NCBI GenBank assembly: GCA_047967505.1
Contig: CM106538.1
DNA length: 64,000 bases
Strand: one strand, 5' to 3'
DNA from: Dipteris shenzhenensis
Taxonomy: Eukaryota
Of the stretch, positions 58,755-64,000 are shown in pieces. Each line of letters begins with the position of its first letter. Position 1 is the first letter of the stretch. The notes beneath the pieces are model-generated. The model did not search any database and was not told where the DNA came from. It saw only the letters and a list, made by a program, of their open reading frames with translations. Made by a program: the position numbers and the translations under genes.

Positions 58755-61721
58755 CTTGGATCTCAACTCATCTGGCACATGAACATAGGCAATGCAACCA
58801 AAAACTTTCAAATGAGAAATATGTGGTTTCCTACCAGTATACCTCTCCTTTGGCATCATGCCATGTACTGCTACAGTGGGAGTCCTATTCATTATGTAGA
58901 CTACTGTAGCAACTGCTTCAGCCCAATAATAATATGGTAGGTCTTTTTCGTTGAGCATGGCACGAGATACCTCTCCAATATGCCTGTTTTTCCTTTCTGC
59001 AAGTCCATTTTGTTGTGGGGTATGACTACATGAATATTGCTGCTCTATGCCATGCTCCTGTAGGAACTTTGCAAACTCATTTGAGAGGTACTCTCCCCCT
59101 CCATCTGACCTTAGGCATTTTATTTGCAGGCCTATTGCTTTCTCAACCATAGCTTTAAAAGCTTTGAAATTCCCAAACACTTCACTTTTCTTTTTCATAA
59201 AATACACCCAAACTCTTCTGTTGTAGTCATCAATAAAAGTGACAAAATAATGACAGCCTCCAATAGATGCAGTTTTAGTAGTCCACACATCAGAGTGGAT
59301 TAATTCCAATAGCCTCTTACTCTCTTGAACATGTCTAGGAATGGTTTCCTTGCCTGTTTTCCAAATTGACAGGCTTCACGTACCTTATGCATTTCTGCAA
59401 CCTTGAACTTAGGTAATCCTGCAATAATATTTTGGGCTTGCATTAATTTAAGTCGTTGTACATTAACATGACCAATGCGTTTATGCCAGATATCAATATC
59501 TGCAACTACACCAATCCCATGTGCAAACATTGTTGCACTCAATTCAAGCATGTTCACATCCAACGTAAACATCCTGCCCTTCTTCTTCACTTTTGCTATC
59601 AAGCGACCTTTATTTTTCATATCCTCAACAAAGCATCCATGAGGATTAAATCTGACCTACAAGCCCTACTCAACCATTTGACAAATAGAAACCAGGTTCT
59701 TGGTGATATTCGGGACATGAAATACATCAGACAGGTATTTCTTTTTCCCATCCTGCATACACAAAGGAATTTTACCAATCTACACAATAGGATGTGCAGT
59801 ATCATTACCAGTCTCCACAAATCCTGGTCTTTCCATTTTCCTTGCATCTTGCATCCATTCTGCATGACCTGTCATGTGGTTTGATGCACCTGAGTCAACA
59901 GACCACACATCATTGCTTTCTTCTGCACTTGTCACAGAATTGGTCATGTGCTGCACCATAAACAAATGCTCATTTCTGTCATCACCCTATCTACTAGAGG
60001 ATGCATAATTGCCTTGCTGCAATTTTCCAGTTATGATGTCATTCTGCTTTTTATAGCAGTCTTTAACCATATGACCCATTTTACCACAGTATCAACATTG
60101 CTGTTTGCATTTTGGCCTCTCTGCCATCCACCACGACCTCTTTGGCTCCCCCTACCTCTAAAGTTACCACGTCCTCCTCCATAGGACTGGTTTTCTTAAA
60201 TTTGCTACATATTCTGATTTTTGCCATGGCCTCCAGATCGGATTGGTCTACCTCTGCCTCTACCTCTTCCAACATTTGAGTAGCAGACAGTTTCTTTTAA
60301 AGTTCCTCCTGAAGAAGATGCACCACCATTTCTCTGCTCTTCAGAAATTAGAAGAGCAATCAACTCCCCAAAATCAGGAAAATTCTCATGGACGGCAATG
60401 GATGTCCGGAACTATGCATAATCCTTTCCTAGACCATTCAAGGTCACAGAAACTAAATCATCATCTTCCACTGGCGAGACCCGATGGAAGCAAGTGCATC
60501 TGCAATCTTCTTCACCTTCATGAGGTAGTCATTGATGCTCATATTTTCTCTCTGCACATTATGCAACTCCTGCTTGAGCTGCATTTTCCTGGCTTGCGTA
60601 TTTGTGCTATACATTTTTGTCAAAGTATCCCATGCCTCCTTCGGCGTGCTTGCATCCTGAATATGCACAATCATAGAATCTCAAATATTGATAAACAGCC
60701 AGTACATAACTTTTATGGCTCTCTCATGCCATCCTTTAAATGCGTGCAACTCTTGTTGATTGGGAACATTAGGAATAACTGGTTCTTGTTCAGCTCCAGT
60801 AATGAACTCCCAATAGCCTTTTCCCTTAAGGAAATGCATCATTCTAAACTTCCATGCTTGGAAGTTCTTCTTGTCAAGCTTTTCAGTGACTATCTGTGAA
60901 AGAGCATCAGACACCATTACAGAACACAGCAAAAATATTCTGTCACTGCAAAAAACACAACTTCTGCCTCACAAGGGCAAATCTGCAAAACTGACGAAAG
61001 TGGTATTTGACCACCCAGTCACTTCCTAGTGACGATTTTGCATCAACAGGCAATAAGAATGATTATGTCACTCCCAATATCTCTGTGCAGAGGCATATGA
61101 TGCAATTTCTATGGCAACTTTTCATCGACCTGCAGAACAGTGGTCGCACAGCAAAAACAAGGCACTTTTCTGAGTGCCTACGGAAAACTTCCGCCACCAA
61201 AACGGGCCCCGAAATGGCCTCGAATCAAAAAAATAATGTCACCAAGGGCTTGGCCCTATCTCGCAACATATACTGCCCTCTCGCCACACCGCGAAGGGCG
61301 TCCCAATCTGAGACAGTGCACTCTTGCACTTTCCGGCTATGCTTCCTGCAAAGATTTGCTCCCAAACTCGAAAAAGGAAAGCAAATTGATCCTCTTACCA
61401 AGACACCGCAAACTTGGTTTGCTTTCTTGAGCTCCTTACCACGAACCAGGCTCTGATACCATGTGAAGAGAGTGGGAGAGAAGTAAGGAGTCTCACTTGC
61501 AGCTTTCTCACATACACAATGGGGGAATATACACAAAGGTGGAGGCTGAAGACAGTTTTCCTCTTCTTAGTTGTGAAAGCCAAAAGAACTCTCTAAGTAC
61601 AAAAGGAATAGGTGAACCCTATATGTGGGTCTCAAACCAAACTCAGCTAACTAAGGTGGCATACTAACTGAGCCACTAACTAGAGTACATAAGGATAGTT
61701 GTCATCCAACTATAATTCATG
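58755..61721 (-). mobile_element. Ty1/Copia, 5' half: LTR (about 61462-61721), PBS-Met, gag, protease, GAG-pre-integrase, integrase
   Basis: gctctgatacca 61450-61461; EKLDKKNFQAWKFRM; WSVDSGASNHMT; WHKRIGH; HSDVW...FIDD...LRSDGGGEY...PQQNGLAERKNR; RT, RH and 3' LTR absent. Confidence 0.92.
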
Positions 61722-64000
61722 GGCGGTGTACCAACCGCATCTGCAGCTAACAAGTCAATGACATAAATGCACAACGGTTACCTTGGCATATCACGAGTGG
61801 AGCTTGATATCTCAACAGTGCATACCAGAATTCATCAGACTCATTTTCATCATCTTCCCTTTCACAGTGTTGGAACAGGTTTAGGGATGTGGTTCGGATG
61901 GTTGTGTCAGATTCTGTGACAAAAAGATGTCGTGATGACAAAGGGTGGGCCTTGTAGGTGCACAAGTCCATTCACATGATTTGTTCCTCGTGTTGTAAAT
62001 AGATGTTATCGGTATGCTAGTCATGTACGAGCCCAGACATTCATAAGAAGGATCTGCTGACCAAGATAGCCTCATATCCTGGCTGTTGGGTGAAGTCCAC
62101 AACTATGAATTTGACGGGGTATGTGAATCTAAATACTTTAATGTTAATACCAGTAAGGACTCCGAAGGGTTCTACAGTTTTGCATCTAATTGTATGATAC
62201 GGTTAATCTCATATCGTGGGATCAACTCAGGGGGTGCATCCATATTGTACTGAAAAGGAGGGAGCTTGTCCATCTAAATCCCATGTCTGGCAAACCATGT
62301 GGATATACGTGCCCACCCCACTCTCAGCTAGTCGTCTGGATGACTCTAGAGCTAGCCTTAGTAGTCTCCATTGAGGTAAGTCCTAGACTCTCATGTGAGA
62401 CTGAGGGCTTTGATCCAAATCATCCTAGATCCCATAGTCACCTGTAGCCGTCCAAATCTCCTTCACTCTACTATTGGTAGATCACATCCTCGGAAGGGTG
62501 CTGCATACATGGCAATCGATCATACTAGCGTATCGAAGAGCCAGCACTTCGTGGTGGATCCTGAAAGTGTGCCTAGAAGCACTATCTCTCCAATCGAGCT
62601 AGAGCACCACACCCCCATGTGAGTCATGCGTGGGTTGCATGTGTTATAGTGAAAAGGGTCCTATGAAGACTACTCCTAAATAGGTGTAGGACTATACTAT
62701 CTCCATTGGCTACCATAACCTTAGTCTTCCCAAGGTTGACTGTCAAGTCTGTCTCCACCTCTAGGGCCTCCAAATGTCTCTACAACCCCTCCACTGAAGA
62801 TAAGATAAGGACTATGTCATCAGCGTATAGCAATATCTGTATCATGAGATCAGCCAGTAGTGATCCTTTGCCTCCTAGGTGGTCTATGAAGGAAGTGATC
62901 TCATCAATGTAAAGCCTAAAGAGGGTTTGTGAGAGGGGGCAGCCCTGCTTCATTCTAATCGTACTCTCAAACCCAATTTGATATACCACTTGGGGTACAA
63001 ACTCTGCCTCTCACTGACTCATACAAGCTCATCACCCCCCATATCAGTGTCTCTAGAATCTATAGTTCCTATAGTCTCTTGATCATGCAAGACCATGGGA
63101 CAGTGTCAAAAGCCTTTTGAAAGTATACAAAACATCTGTAGAGCTTTTGGTGTCTAGACCTCGCCTCCTCAATGATAGCCCTTAGAGTGAAAATGCAATC
63201 TAGGGTAGAATGTTGTCTTCGGAATCTTGCCTGCCCTAGTGCTCGTTGCCCCTGAGCCTCTGCCCCCTCTCTACAATTGATCCATAAATCTTGGCTAGAG
63301 TGTGGCCAATCATGAGGATATGGTAGTTCCTAGTCTCCATAGGGTCCCCAGCTTTGTGTATCAGTACAATGGCGGTAGTGCTCTAAACAAGCAGGAAGCC
63401 ATGGCACACAGCCTGATTGAACATATGTGCTAGGACACGGCTAGGACCTCCTGCAAAGTGCTCAGTCTGTAGGCCCTCATGGTCATGCGTTCTTTGATTG
63501 TGTAATTGTTGAAGTGCAACCCATACATTTTGTGTGGTGAACAAGTGGGAAGTGATGGGCATGGGTATAGAGGACATATTCAATGGTGAATAAGTGGCAA
63601 GTGGTGGGCTTGGGCATAGAGGACATGTCTGGTGGCGTCTGCATCTGGGCATCATAGAGGCAACATGCATACGTGTGCCACACATGTGGATCGATGATGG
63701 GAATAGGTGGCTTCCCCTCTAATAGAAACCTCCATCCAGTGGTCGGGTCTCCTCCTCAAAAGGATATGACAATCTTGTCCATCCTATGTGTGAAGAAAAC
63801 CTGTCTCTTACAACATGTTAATTGTCAAAAGATCCTCTATGTCTCGAGTGGCGTCAGATGACCCAAAGCCCACTCCTGTGTAAAGTAGGCTCTTGCCTCT
63901 CTGTAATCATCATCTAACCAAGCATTTTGGGGCATCTTCCCATCTCAGATCCGCATGGGTCGGGTTGTGGGAAAGGACTTGGTAGTAGCATCTTGTACCA
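61722..64000 (-). mobile_element. Decayed RTE-type LINE, RT region (runs off the window)
   Basis: QARFRRQHSTLDCIFTLRAIIE; CFVYFQKAFDTVP; MKQGCPLSQTLF; LLYADDIVL. Confidence 0.85.

Noticed and set aside
60243-61456. Long + strand ORFs (218 and 149 aa)
   Set aside because: Antisense shadows of Copia gag and leader with no recognisable motifs

Overview
Eukaryotic, land-plant-type genomic DNA (species not determinable from sequence alone) made almost entirely of nested, decayed transposable elements around one intact host gene: a 10-exon importin-alpha at 47366-50934 (+). The TEs include several Ty1/Copia remnants, a relatively young gag-only LTR element with intact LTRs and TSD (32798-35440), a non-autonomous Gypsy-like element (about 1.9-10.4 kb), RTE-type LINE remnants, possible Helitron remnants and a decayed ParB/Srx-like gene. 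The most unusual feature is a Ty3/Gypsy family present in three pieces (19.0-22.2 kb, 38.55-45.0 kb, 57.6-58.75 kb). It has a tRNA-His primer site, TG...GA LTR ends and an antisense tRNA-like motif in its leader. Upstream of gag it carries a chain of about six small ORFs joined by overlapping stop/start codons (TAATG, TGATG, ATGA), including a free-standing archaeal-type RNase H and a CCHC zinc-knuckle ORF. All calls come from manual reading; no database search was run, and family assignments rest on recalled motifs.
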